From positions 8,556,001 to 8,620,000 of the forward strand of contig CM120640.1 of the NCBI GenBank assembly GCA_051362555.1: a stretch of 64,000 bases of DNA, written 5' to 3'. A model generated the notes under the pieces. That model had not been told where the DNA came from. It did not search any database and worked only from the letters and a program-made list of their open reading frames with translations. Numbering within the stretch: position 1 is the first letter of the stretch; each line of letters begins with the position of its first letter. The stretch comes from Lingula anatina. Lineage: Eukaryota; Animalia; Brachiopoda. Below, piece by piece: positions 24,601 through 36,936 of this stretch. A program made the translations under genes and the position numbers.

Positions 24601-27600
24601 TAAGTTGGATGGTTCAGTGGCTTTAGAAACTTTCAGTAGTTTCCTACTTAAGTTCAAAACAAGTATTAAACTAGAGGATCAGAGAGGCGATACCGCCTCC
24701 GAATATTGTACCACCAGCTGGAGCAAGCGCATTCGTATAGACCCCCACATACACAAAATAAGGAACACAGCCACCAGTCTTGTGCTTGACAAGCTGTAAA
24801 AATGCAATCAACAAGAATTTTCAAAATATGCAAAAAATATATATATAAGTTTATCGTAAGGTAGGTCAAAGGTCAATTCCAAGGTCACAGTAAATTGCCA
24901 GTATATGACTTCCTATTCAACTTCAATAGTAACTATGTGCCTATCTCTGCCAGGTTTGGAGTTAAAAGAGAAAGAAATTAGCAGAGTTCAGTTCATGATA
25001 ATAAGTAGGTCAAAGGTCAATTTCAAGGTCACACTAAGATTGCCAGTATATGACTTCCTATTCACGTTCAATAGTAACTATGGACCTATCTCTGCCAGTT
25101 TTGGAGATAAAAGGGAAGCAAAATTTGCAAAGTTCAGCTCATGGTGAAAAGTAGGTCAAAGGTCAATTTTAAGGTCACTTTAAGATTGCCAGTATATGAC
25201 TTCCTATTCAACTTCAATAGAGACTATGGACCTATCTCTGCCAGTTTTGGAGATAAAAGGGAAGCAAAATTTGCAAAGTTCAGTCCATGGTGAAAAGTAG
25301 GTCAAAGGTCAATTTTAAGGTCACATTTAGATTGCCAGTATACGACTTCCTATTCAACTTCAATAGTAACTATGGACCTATCTCTGCCAGTTTTGGAGAT
25401 AAAAGGGAATCAAAATTTGCAAAGTTCAGTTCATGGTGAAAAGTAGGTCAAAGGTCAATTTTAAGGTCACATGTAGATTGCCAGTATATGACTTCCTATT
25501 CAACTTCAATAGAGACTATGGACCTATCTCTGCCAGTTTTAGAGATAAAAGGGAAGCAAAATTTGCAAAGTTCAGTTCATGGTGAAAAGTAGGTCAAAGG
25601 TCAATTTTAAGGTCACATTTAGATTGCCAGTATATGATTTCCTATTCAACTTCAATAGTAACTATGGACCTATCTCTGCCGTTTTTTTAGATATAAGGGA
25701 CTAAATGGTATAATTTTGGAGTTACCATAATGTGCCATAAATTTCCTACAGAAAAAATTAATTAAAATAAAGAAAAGGTCATTTTGGTCAAAATTCTTGA
25801 AATGGGAGGTGCTCTGAAGTCCAGATGTTCAAATTTGATGAAATAATGTCATTTTTGACCACAAGTTGTCTGCTTTGCCAAGCCTTATGTTTTATTTTTC
25901 CGAAGTTCAAAATTTATTATCCATTACCGTACTGCACATTTTGCTTTCACCACCAATATGTACTTTTTGATACAGCGTAACTCGAAAACCGTATGGAATA
26001 CAAAAAGATGGAGACCACCTCCAGTGTTGGGCTTTACATGCTCTACAAAATGCAAAAAAGAATGGGTGTCTAGCATTAACGGTTCCCGAATTAGAGACAG
26101 TTTTCAGTTTCGATATCTTATGGCCGCTACTCCCGTGAAAATGCACCGATTGACCCCAAATTCACGGAGATGAAAGATGACCCAAAGGGTAACACTTTCC
26201 ATTAACATTATTAGTTAAGTCTGAGTGGTGTCTGAATAAGAGCGCAAATAATTTTTTTTTCGGCAAAAATTTTGTATTTTTGAAAATATTGGCCCGTTTG
26301 ACCTTGAAATAAAGGTCAAAGGTCAAATCCAAGGGCATATTTGAAATCTACACATATGACTTTTGGAAAGCTGTCTGTAGAAATTTTTCCCATAATTCCT
26401 TCCGTAGGGGAGATAATTAGCATTTAATTTTGCCATTTTTGGACAAAGGTGCATTGCAATGAGTGCCACACCTAGACCCCAATACTGACAAAGCCCAAAT
26501 TTTACGTGGAACGAGTTGAGATTATACGTGACCTAAATCCAAGAGATGGGTATGGAGGCCCTTACCGTCTAGGAGGAGAAGCGGTAACGGTGACTTGGCG
26601 GCGGAGCCACAGGAGCCGGCGGAACATACGGGTTGGGACTAAAACCATGTGTACCGCCAGCGCCTACGCTGGTGGTACAATGATAAGTAATCATCCCATA
26701 ATTTTACCTGGTCTTTCTGAAGCGATCAAGCTCTAAGTGTCTGGCCATCTCTGTATTTCTGGTCTGCCTAGCAGCTTCTCTATCAAGCCACAGTTGTCTA
26801 GAAGTGAAAATATCCATCTCATTGAATGTTTTATTTCATCTGTGCAGTTTTTATTTTTTTAAATGTTAGTGTGTGCTTATAACAAAACCTTCTGAGACCA
26901 GAAATCATCTTAATTTGGGGATGTGAATCTAAAGAAAACCAGACTGACAGTTGGTCTGGAATTTTTTGCCAAACCATTTTGTTCACTTTGACCCCAAGAC
27001 AAATCAATAGTAGTTTACTACAATTATCAAATATTGCATCTGTTTTATTTGAAATTTAAAGGAATGGCTACAACTTCAGATCATTAACACTTTGATTTGA
27101 ATCAACAATTGAGGGTTTAATTCTGGAATGAAGTAGACAAACAATTAAGTAAACAAATTATTAAGGATCTCCTGCTGCACCTTAGATCTTTTAAAACCTA
27201 TATCAATCAGTATGTACATTTGGTGATATCGGTTTTGACCATAACTAATGACAAATTTAAACTGCCAGGTTTGTGGATAAATAACTATTAATCAAGTTAC
27301 TTCCCCTAAGTCGTAGGATTGCATATATTTGTCTTTACTTAAAATAAGTACAAGATCTGTTAAAGTACAAGATCTGTAAAATGAAAATTATTTTCTTTCT
27401 GTTGAAGACAACTTGCTTCTGCAAGTGAATCGATCATGGCAGTACCTTCTAATTTCTCTTTCTCTGTATGGAGTCATTGGGTTTCTTAAAATTGGTCTTG
27501 GGCTTCTCTCATCCAGCCATGGCCTTCTCTCTCCTAATCTTGGACTCCTGTCTCCAATTCTGGGACTCCTGTCAGAAGACAGGCTTCTAGGTCTGGGATA

Positions 27601-30600
27601 GTCTGGATATTCTCCTCTGTGCATGTGTCTCTCTGGACTTGCTGGTGCACTTGAGGTTCTGTAAGAACCAGAACATCAATAATTCATAAAAAGAATGGTA
27701 CTGTGCTACAAATAGTATCTAAGTAAAGAAAAATACAAATAAACAAATGTTGATCAAATTCAATGATACAAAAAACTCATATTTTTAGGCCAAAAAACAA
27801 CACATCCACTTGCTAAAATACTTAATCCATACCTAGGAGAATGTGGACTGCCTGCTCTATCCCTATACTGCCGAGGAGAGTGAACTACTTTGGCTCTAGA
27901 TGCGTATGTGTGTTCAGCAAAATGTGCCTGGTTTAAAATTGGTGCTGCTTGATGCTGTGCCTGTATTCTCTGTGTCTGAAAAAAAAACGGGACTGATAAA
28001 GAAAGTTATGAGTTGGGAGATTGACCTACATTTGACTATTTTTTACCACTGATATTCAGACTGCAACTGATGAAGCCTTCAACAGTCCCTCACAAACCTT
28101 TTCTATGAAGATTTTTGTTAAAACGCAACTTGCATAGTCCACCACAGCATATACAGATTGTTTAAATTTGGCAACTTACCTGAAGTTTAGACGGAAGCAA
28201 TACACTTTTCTTAGCAGATCTTGTTTGACCTGCTCTCACTCCAGCACCTCTATCTCTTATATCAAAAGGAGCATTCCAAGTTTCACCACCAATACCAGTA
28301 ATATCTTCTTCCCCAAGTCCTCTTCCTGACTGCTGCCATGGCCTTCTTTCATGACTTATAACTTCTTTCACTAGTGGATTTACTGGTCTTTGGTCTCTTG
28401 CAGGATTATTTCTAGAAGCTCTTTCCAGGGCCTCAATGCCAGCTCTTAGAACTCTATCACGATCAGGGGTATCATCAAAATCTACGGAAGTGATAATAAA
28501 GAGAGAGCTGTAGACTGCTTTAAGAGAAATGTTGTTTGACTATACTATAAACTAAACAATATTTAGGATAAGGTAGTATTCCGGAAAATGTTATACTAAA
28601 CAATTTGAAGACTATTCTTAAACTATACTTAATGAGATTTCATAAGACTGTACACATTTTTAAAAGAGAGTAAGAAACTGCTTTACTTACCTCTCCGTCT
28701 CATGTCTTGTCTTAGTCTTGCCACAGTGGCAGGTCCTATTCTGGCTGACATGGCCCCTTCTTCTCATAAAGACAAAAAAAATATCAAGTTTGATATGGTA
28801 TTGCACAGTTTCTTTGCTACTAATATCCATAACATCATAATATCCAATTCATGTTATGTTTGTTTGAAAGTATTTTTGGAAAACACAGAAGGTGCTGAGT
28901 AGCTGCATATACCTGGAAACAACTGCCTACTGACAGGAGAAATTTGTTTCTCAGACTGATCACGTAATGCTCGCCTTGCCTTTGGAGACAGTGGGGAAGA
29001 CTGGAGTTCTTTTTCAATAGACTCATTTAAATCCTAAAAGAAAAAAAAACTTTAAGCCACATTGTTCTGATATCAATACTACCACAAAGAGGACATACAA
29101 TTAAACATTGTGAATAAAGTTGTACAATTCAAATTCCATTCATATTTCGTTTCTTTACTGACTTGTCATTTCTAAAGTCCGTAAATAAAACTTGACCGCT
29201 ATAAACTCATTCACTTGTTTTTCTTGCTCGGTGAAGTGTTAGACAAAAATGACAAAATTCCATTCATATCTTGGCGAATACTTTGTAAAAAAGCATTAGC
29301 AGACCTTAAAGCACACTTGGAAGCAATAATCAATGTAATATTACCCCTGCTTGACCCAGTATGTTCTTGACCACATCTGGCACCCCAGACTCTCCTCCAA
29401 CTTCAAGCTCTGCACAGCAAAGTGAAAGCTGTCGTATCAGCAGGGCAAGTTCTTGATACAGTTTTGGCATGCCATGACGGGTTTCTTCTTCAGGTAGATG
29501 ATTTACATAGGCCTGTATAGCCTTCACCGCACCACGGTGAGCTGCAGCAAGACGATGGAGTGTCCGGCTCTAGAACCCAACAACCAATAGGTAAATTTCA
29601 TCATATCATATTGATCAAATTAGTATATATCCATTCTTATCTTATTTTGTATCTTTTTTCTTTTATTAATATATATCTTACTAATTTGTTTCTTTGTTTG
29701 TTTATTTACACATTTTATTTATTTATTTATTTTTTATGCTTCAAATATTAGCTTTTTATATTTACTTATACACCATACCTTTTTATCGTGTTTCACTTTT
29801 TCTGGTCCTATCCTAGAAAGCTCTTCTTGGATCTCTCTCACTTGTTGTTGAAGTACATAAAGCATTCTGGAAGTACGAGAAGCACGTTCTCCTTCTCTCT
29901 TAGCTCGTCTTTGTTCATCCACATCATCTGTCTTTTCTACATGTGGTGCAACATTCTCTGAAAAAAACACCATGTAAATCAGTGAGATGACAACTTGAAC
30001 ACATCACAAAAGGATAAAATTCAATATTCAAAATAAACTGCATTCAAATCAAAATTGTTTGAATTAATCTGAGTTTATAACAGTTTATAAATAATGTTAC
30101 TAGATTTCAAACTACAACATAAATGTTTCACTTTTTACATCAAGTCCTAATGTCTCAAAAATAAAATATAATTCTACAATTTCCCTTTACAGATTTGACA
30201 TAAACAACAATACCAAACCAGTGACTTATTTCATTAATGGCATATATTAACCTACCATTCCGATTCTCACTTTTCCTAATCTGTTCCATGTATCTCTGTA
30301 ATTCAGTTCTTAGCCTACTTATTTCCTGTGCATGTCGAGCACTTGGTGATACCATAGGAACATAGCCATCAGTGTCTCGTGTAGGTGGGGACTGTGTTGA
30401 TACTGTAAAATCAACTCCAACTTTTGGTTACCAGACATTAAAAGAAGCATTTTCTTGACAACTATACTGTGGACCTGTATATTTATATTCAAACTGCTTT
30501 TCATGATTGCTATAACTGTTCAAATTTGAAAATATCAAATATCATAATAAGTCAAAAAAGTATTTTTCTTACTTGACAATTTATTACAACATGACTGACT

Positions 30601-31164
30601 AGTTATCTTACCTGGCAAAGATTTTTTGCCCATGTGAACAATAATATTTGGGACAGCATCATCTGTCTTTTTCTTTACTTTAGAACGTGTTTGTATTTTA
30701 GCCTGTTTCACACTTTTGTTCTTTGCATCTTTTTCTCGCAGTACAAGTGGCTTTTCATTAACATCATCTTGTCTAGATTGTACTTTTTCTCTATATTCTT
30801 TGCTCTTTTTAACTTTGACCTTAGGAATCTGTGTTTTCTGAGCTTTCTCTGTCTGTTTTGCCTCATGTGCCAAACTAGAGAGATAAAACTGTTCCTCAAT
30901 TTTTTTCTTTTTCAAATCCCTTTTAGCAAGTCTCACTGCTGCAGTCAAACTGTCTTCTGACACCACAGAAAACTTGAAAGCTGAAGCAGGCTGAATTGGT
31001 GGTGTGGCTGTGGTCAACAGTGGAGGCCTCCTGGGAGGACTGGAGGATAGTTTTTCAACCACAATTGCCTCTGGCTTCTGAAATCTCATAGCCAGATTAG
31101 ATGCCACAGGTGGAACATTTAGGTTGAACTGCAGTTGGTTCTTAAAGTGACTTACTGCTGCCAT
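21647..31164 (-). CDS. KIAA0753: Protein moonraker (KIAA0753/MNR/OFIP), centriolar-satellite protein, ~1258 aa
   Basis: 17 phase-consistent exons: 31164-30612, 30474-30256, 29957-29779, 29569-29345, 29033-28913, 28762-28691, 28481-28180, 27975-27833, 27658-27446, 26797-26708, 24589-24502, 24187-24104, 23941-23786, 23593-23518, 23336-23216, 22979-22716, 22517-21647. Hallmark motifs NQLQFNLNVP..SNLAMRF, FSVVSEDSLTAAVRLAKRD, RLAAAHRGAVKA, EAEIRRRLQPLL, GKFDPWKLVE, VFSTEF. Confidence 0.92.
24670..26681 (-). mobile_element. Helentron/HINE-like non-autonomous rolling-circle element with internal tandem array, in a moonraker intron
   Basis: SubTIRs attgtaccaccagc (24705-24718) and gctggtggtacaat (26668-26681). 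The 5' end carries a partial inverted repeat (tgtaccgccagcg/cgctggtggtaca). The 3' end has a GC hairpin (gaggcgataccgcctc) and terminates in CTAG on the minus strand at a T-rich site. Confidence 0.8.
24861..25700. repeat. 146-bp tandem repeat, ~5.8 copies
   Basis: gtaggtcaaaggtcaa recurs at 24861, 25005, 25151, 25297, 25443 and 25589, with near-identical intervening sequence. Confidence 0.97.
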
Positions 31165-32049
31165 TTTTTACGTCAAATCTTATCTGAAAATGAAAACAAA
31201 ATACAATACAATACAATAATTGCATTTGGCTGAGGACAAGTTGTTTTGCTGATCTTAGAGAAATGATATCGACTGAGGCACAGCAAAACATATTGACCTA
31301 ATGCCAAAGTTGATATGTGGTTCATTATAAACTTTTATACAGTGTTGTCATTACACAAATTTATGTGGAGCAAATGAAAATAAATAACACCAATTTTCTA
31401 TGTCAGAATTTATCTTTTAATGATATCATAAGAATGGGACAATGCAACTTTGCATCAATGTTAAGTTGTCATCCATGCATGGCTCATGGCTAGTTACAAC
31501 ATTACATAACAATAGGGTTGGGGTGTCAAAGGTAGATGTTATGTTTTTTATTATTTCAGAGGAATAGATATGTATAATATAATTTTATCACTTAGTGAAT
31601 TCCCCAATATACATTCTTGTAAGATTATATTCTATGCCAATTATGTATGACACAGTTTATAGAAAGTAGTGTTTTGTAGAATTTGATCTTAAATGTGCGG
31701 CATAAGCACATATAGTAGTAGATATCAAAAACATTAATGAATGTACGGAACTAACAATAATGTGAATAACATGCTACATTGTATCTGCAGTAAAATCATT
31801 TGATTTTTAAATGAAGTCATGAGGTATGGAAAACATTAAGAGATACCACTACTCATTTCAGGTGCAAAATAGAGATAGTTTTTACTTGTATTTAACTTTA
31901 TCTTACAAACTCTACTGTGTGCCTCTGGCATAAATGCTTAAACTGGAAATGGTCTTATTACTATTACTAGGAGATTATTTGGACTCACGGTTAAACGCTT
32001 CAAATTAAGGTTTGCAGTTCAATATATCCATAAATGATGTGACATTTCT

Positions 32050-32702
32050 TCTCGAGGTCTCGATACTTACAAGAAAATGTAAATGTGCGTTGCAGTTTTG
32101 TGACTATCACACGAACAAATCACAATAATTTACAGGAACTTTGTATCAACCGCCATACTTGATGCAGTGCTGCCATCTCTACAAGATGAGCAACACAGGA
32201 ATTCCGGAAGTTGATGTCTTGAATTTTATTTTTTCAAAAATATATGTATCTTGCATTACATATTGCTACAGAAATTAGAAAACATACTCTGGAATGTATA
32301 ATGTATATGAAACGTCTACAAATATAATTTTCTCATTAACTTTAGTCTTTGTCTTTGTTTTGTAAACAAATCCCCTTGGTGATGACCTCTAATAGAAGAA
32401 TTCAACGTGTTGGAAAATCTAATTGGAAATAAAATAAAAAATATTGTAAAATCACATTTTTCTTTTATCTTGAGATCATAAAAATAAATGAATCATCTGC
32501 ACATTTATTTTATTGAAATAATGCATTTGTTTTCTTGTCTTATGCACAATTTTTCCTTTGACCTGTTCTTGGTTTCTCCCAACTTGGCCTAAGCAACTTC
32601 TCATTTGCATATGAAGCCAAATGTTTGTGCATGCCAAAGTGAAGAGAAAAAAGCAGCAGCCATCGTAATGGAGACAGGACTAGTTGAAGCAGTTGTTTCA
32701 GA
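32050..32702. promoter_or_regulatory. Probable bidirectional promoter and non-coding first exons of moonraker (-) and CCDC74 (+)
   Basis: Local CpG retention, YY1-like ccgccat (~32150), ETS ccggaag (32204-32210) and X-box-like ttggcctaagcaac (~32584). Splice donors face outward on both strands: acttac at ~32065 and gtaag at 32703. Confidence 0.5.
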
Positions 32703-33658
32703 GTAAGAACCATTTTTATCTTAGTTTAGTTAAATATATATTAGGACATTTACTGCTTTATTGATACATAGAAGATATACCTGTGTGGAGGGCAGAAGGA
32801 GTTTTGGATATTTAAATTAACATTATGTAGATTTAATAGGCCTAAATTACAGGTACACTGTGGTAAAGGTGATGCCAGTACCAGATGCTTCATTGTCTGA
32901 GCTTGAATATTAAATATTAATTTTATGAATTGTTTGATATTATTGTTGTCATTGTTTATATCTCATCCACAGTTTTGAAAATTAATATAAATTCAAAAGT
33001 ATAACTGCTGTATGAAAACACTTGATCATTTTACCAATACTACCAGTTCATTTCTGCAAGGACAATGTGCTGAATAATTAGTCTGAATATGACAGCTGTG
33101 TCCAAATATGAGAGGCTGCATTATGCCTGTACATTTATTGCATAAAATCCTTAATACATCAATTAATTAGATTTTCTTTCATTTCCTAGTTGACTACATT
33201 TATAAATATGAGGTTGTTAGGGTAATAACACATCAATTTCCTTTGAACTTAGAGACAATTAAACCATAAAAAATTGGACCAGTGAACCTTAGAGTAAAGA
33301 ACTTTGATATCAATAAAGCTTCATACCAATGCATCTTAATTGGTACTGTTGAAATGCATACTTAATTTCAAACAGGTGACTATTTTATATTATTAAAAAG
33401 GAGGTTATAATAGTAATGAAATGTTTCAAGAAGATTGAAGTGACAATGAAATGAAAATCAGTGCAGGTAAAATTTAGGGCTCTGCAGGAAACAACCATCT
33501 CCTTAAATTTATAGTTTAATCTTGTCTTTTTCTTTTCAGATACCACTGAACAGAAAATTACTGAGAATTGACTGGATAGCGTGGCTCACATAGTAGTCTG
33601 CACTAACTTAGAAGCACATATAGTTTTAGCAGATTAGAATAGAGAAACAATAATACTG

Positions 33659-36600
33659 ATGTCTGCTCAAACGCAGCTACCACCCCTGAATAATCTCCCA
33701 CAGTGGTCAAGAGTTCATACATTGGACAAGGCCAGATATCCAAAGCCATTTGTAAAAGACAGACTTAACCCAATGCCAATGGCGGATCTAGGTGCTAGCA
33801 ACCCTCCTGGCTCTTCAGAGTCGGACAGAGATCTAGACTTTACAAGCATGGATCCAGTGACCAGGATTCAGTACCTTGAAAAAAGCATAGGATTTCTAAA
33901 ACATCAACATAAGGAGGTGCTTTCTAGTTTGCATGAAGAAATAGAAGCTCTGAAAAAAGAAAACAAAGGTAATTAAGAGGAGATACATTTTGTGTTGAGG
34001 ACGTCTGGAATATTTACATTTAATCAGTCTGCTTCAATGCCTACAAAAGATTTAGTCTTGTAATTCTCCAGTAATAAAAGTTAATTTGCAGTGGTGCTAA
34101 TTGAAATTGCTTGACTTCACACACGTTTATTGAATTATGGGAGAATACTGACTTAATTAGTTATTGATCTTACTCTTTCTTATGAGAGTCTTTTGGGTAA
34201 ATGTGAAATTGGTATTCATTGATTTGATATTGGCATCATGAAACAATACATCAACAGGTCTCAATCAAGTAATTGATTATGGTGTTAAACCTGAATTAAG
34301 GAGGGCTTTATATTTTGATGAATAATTCACAGTATGCTAAATTGGTGATAGGAATGCTATTCATATAGTATTCATATATTACTTACTCTTTGTAGCTTTG
34401 AAGGTAAGGAAAATAAAAAGGATATGATCTGATTCCATATTACCCTTTCGTATTGATAATTAACCAGCTTTTTTTTTCTTCTTCAGATCTCCAATTTGAG
34501 TTGATTATGATTCAAAAGAATCAGCAGTTAAATTCCTCAAGTGCCAATAATGCAACTTCACAAAAACTGGAGGTGCCTGACAGACCTACAGATAAAGGTA
34601 AACTTTGTTTTACCCATTATTTTATACTTCTAACATTTCTAAAACTGTGTTATAATTACTCTTGTACCTTTCAAACCATTATGTTGCTTGACAAGTGACT
34701 TGATCATTTTAAATCTCTCAAGTTTTTCGGCCTGTTAATTCTAAATGTTTCAAGTAATTGGTTGGATTTTATTTCAGAGCAAAGCTCAATATCCTTGAGG
34801 TCAAGAACAGCAGAGGGGGATTCTGTAACAGACCAGTCACAAGGTGAGGAAACAGCAAAACCATCAGCACTCATTATAGCCAAGATCTTCATAGTTATGA
34901 AATATTCATTGTTTCTTGGAAGTCAATACTGTGCACATATTTGTCAATATATGTCCAACACAGCAGTTTTAGAATTTCAAAATTTTCCTCTTCTCAAGCA
35001 TTGTTTGTTGATGTGATACATCATAGTTTTCTGTCATCTTTGGCCTTTTTTAGCTGATCTACAAATTATATAAATAACTGATTGATTTGGTCATGTCTGT
35101 ATTGAGGTTTATTTTATTTATTGATTTATTGATTGATTTCAGAGCCAGAATTAAAGCACATTTTCTTAGAAGAAGAAATAAAAGACTTAAAAGAGACTCT
35201 AAGGGAGGCAAGGAACCACAATACTTATCTCAAACAGCTTTTGGAACAAGAACAAAGCAAAAGTAAAGAACTGTAAGTAATATTGCCTCTGTTATTTTCA
35301 GTAAGAGCCATTTTCAGAAATAATTACTTCAGTATCATCATTTGTTTTTGGGTACAACTGTTTGTTTTTAATATTCAGTTGTAAATAACTTATAATGAAT
35401 AATTCAGTATCAACTCTGCAGGGGACTTCAGATTATTTATATTCTTGTCAACATAAATTTATAGTAAAAAAAACCTTATAACTAAATATAATTATCAAAA
35501 TTAAATGCACAATTGGAACAATCTGACAATGAGGTGAAATGCAACATAAGACACAATGTTTGAAGTCTAAAAGCTTTGCAGTGAAAGTCTTAACTATGCG
35601 CTAATCTTACTTTGCAATTTAGATGTAGCATGTCATGTTTTTATGAAAATTTGTTGCAACGGAATGTTATTGCTACAATTTTAGACAGCAACAGGTGTCC
35701 AGTCAGAGCCATGAATCCCCAGCAGCATATGGCCAACCTCAAAACACACCTATAGATATGAGTAGCATCACAGCCAGTCTGAACCCATTGCAAATCCACC
35801 CTGCCAACCAGCCTCCACGGCAACCTACTCTACAGGAGTGCGAGATGATCATTCGGCACATGCAGCATGTCAACGAGAAACAGTCACATGAGGTAATCCA
35901 TCTTATCCATCTTGTATGCATAATGTTTGGAAAATCCTTGATGAATGGAGCTAAAATATGTTTATCTTACCTAATGTCCATGCTGAGACATCTCCGTTGC
36001 AGAAAAAATTTTCTTCATTACCAACTTTCATAAATTTATATTATATCTTTCAGTTGAATAGGTTGAAGTCAGATCTGCGTGATGTGTTGTATTCTCACAA
36101 GTGGACCCCAGATGCATACCTGCTAGCTAAGGCTTATGTAGCAGAAGAAGAAAAGGGGGAAGTGGTTGCATTAGACCCACAAGCTAGATTGCCAAAAATA
36201 CACAAACATCCTGGAAGGAAATTGTAAGTTGGTAAACATGCCTATTTCTTTGTTAATGTGCACATTATTTTTGTTGTATGATTTTTCAAGAAAAAAACTT
36301 CATGGGTCCCATCATCTTTTGACCATTTCGTGGTTGAAAGGTCAACCGTTGTGCTTTTGCATTTAGGGAAAGTTCTTAACAATTTTCATATCTGTAGCAT
36401 ATAAAAAGTAGTGTTTCAGTTAAATGAGAACTCATTCATCTGCCCTGAATTATATCATACAGATGTCTAAAACATGTAATGCCCCCAGCTGCAAAAATAG
36501 CAGATGTTTTGTAGAAAAGCTAGTTGCAGTCAAAAATCTGTATTTACCATGTAGAGGCAATCAAGGACACTGGCATGACCTTTCCCGCAAGGCCATTCTT

Positions 36601-36936
36601 TGGCATGCGCAATGTGAAATGCTGGAGAACTGTGAAATGGTCAATGTAAAAGAGCTCCATACCATGAACAATGCAGGATTGTTGAAATTAATATTTCCAG
36701 ATGATAAGGGAGTGAATTTTGAAAATCAGTAATTATGATTGCTATATAAGCATATCTGATACCCATATTCCTATCAGTTTATTTTTCTTCATTTCAGACC
36801 TGAAGTTGCCTATATTGCCTCCTCTGAGAAAGTGTCTCTGCCTGCCCTAACACAGACTGTGGGTAATAAAGCAGTAGAGAGAAGAAAAAGAACACAGATT
36901 CTCCAGAAAGCTAGACTTCGTAAAGAGGTGCTATAA
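33659..36936 (+). CDS. CCDC74: Coiled-coil domain-containing protein 74 (CCDC74A/B-like), 377 aa
   Basis: Exons 33659-33968, 34487-34597, 34778-34843, 35143-35272, 35685-35892, 36054-36223, 36798-36936 (1134 nt). CCDC92/74 N-domain [56 protein letters not shown]; C-terminus LPALTQTVGNKAVERRKRTQILQKARLRKEVL*. Confidence 0.9.

Noticed and set aside
24861-25700. Regular repeat array as a CRISPR-like locus
   Set aside because: Units are identical throughout with no unique spacers, and it lies in a eukaryotic intron inside a transposon.
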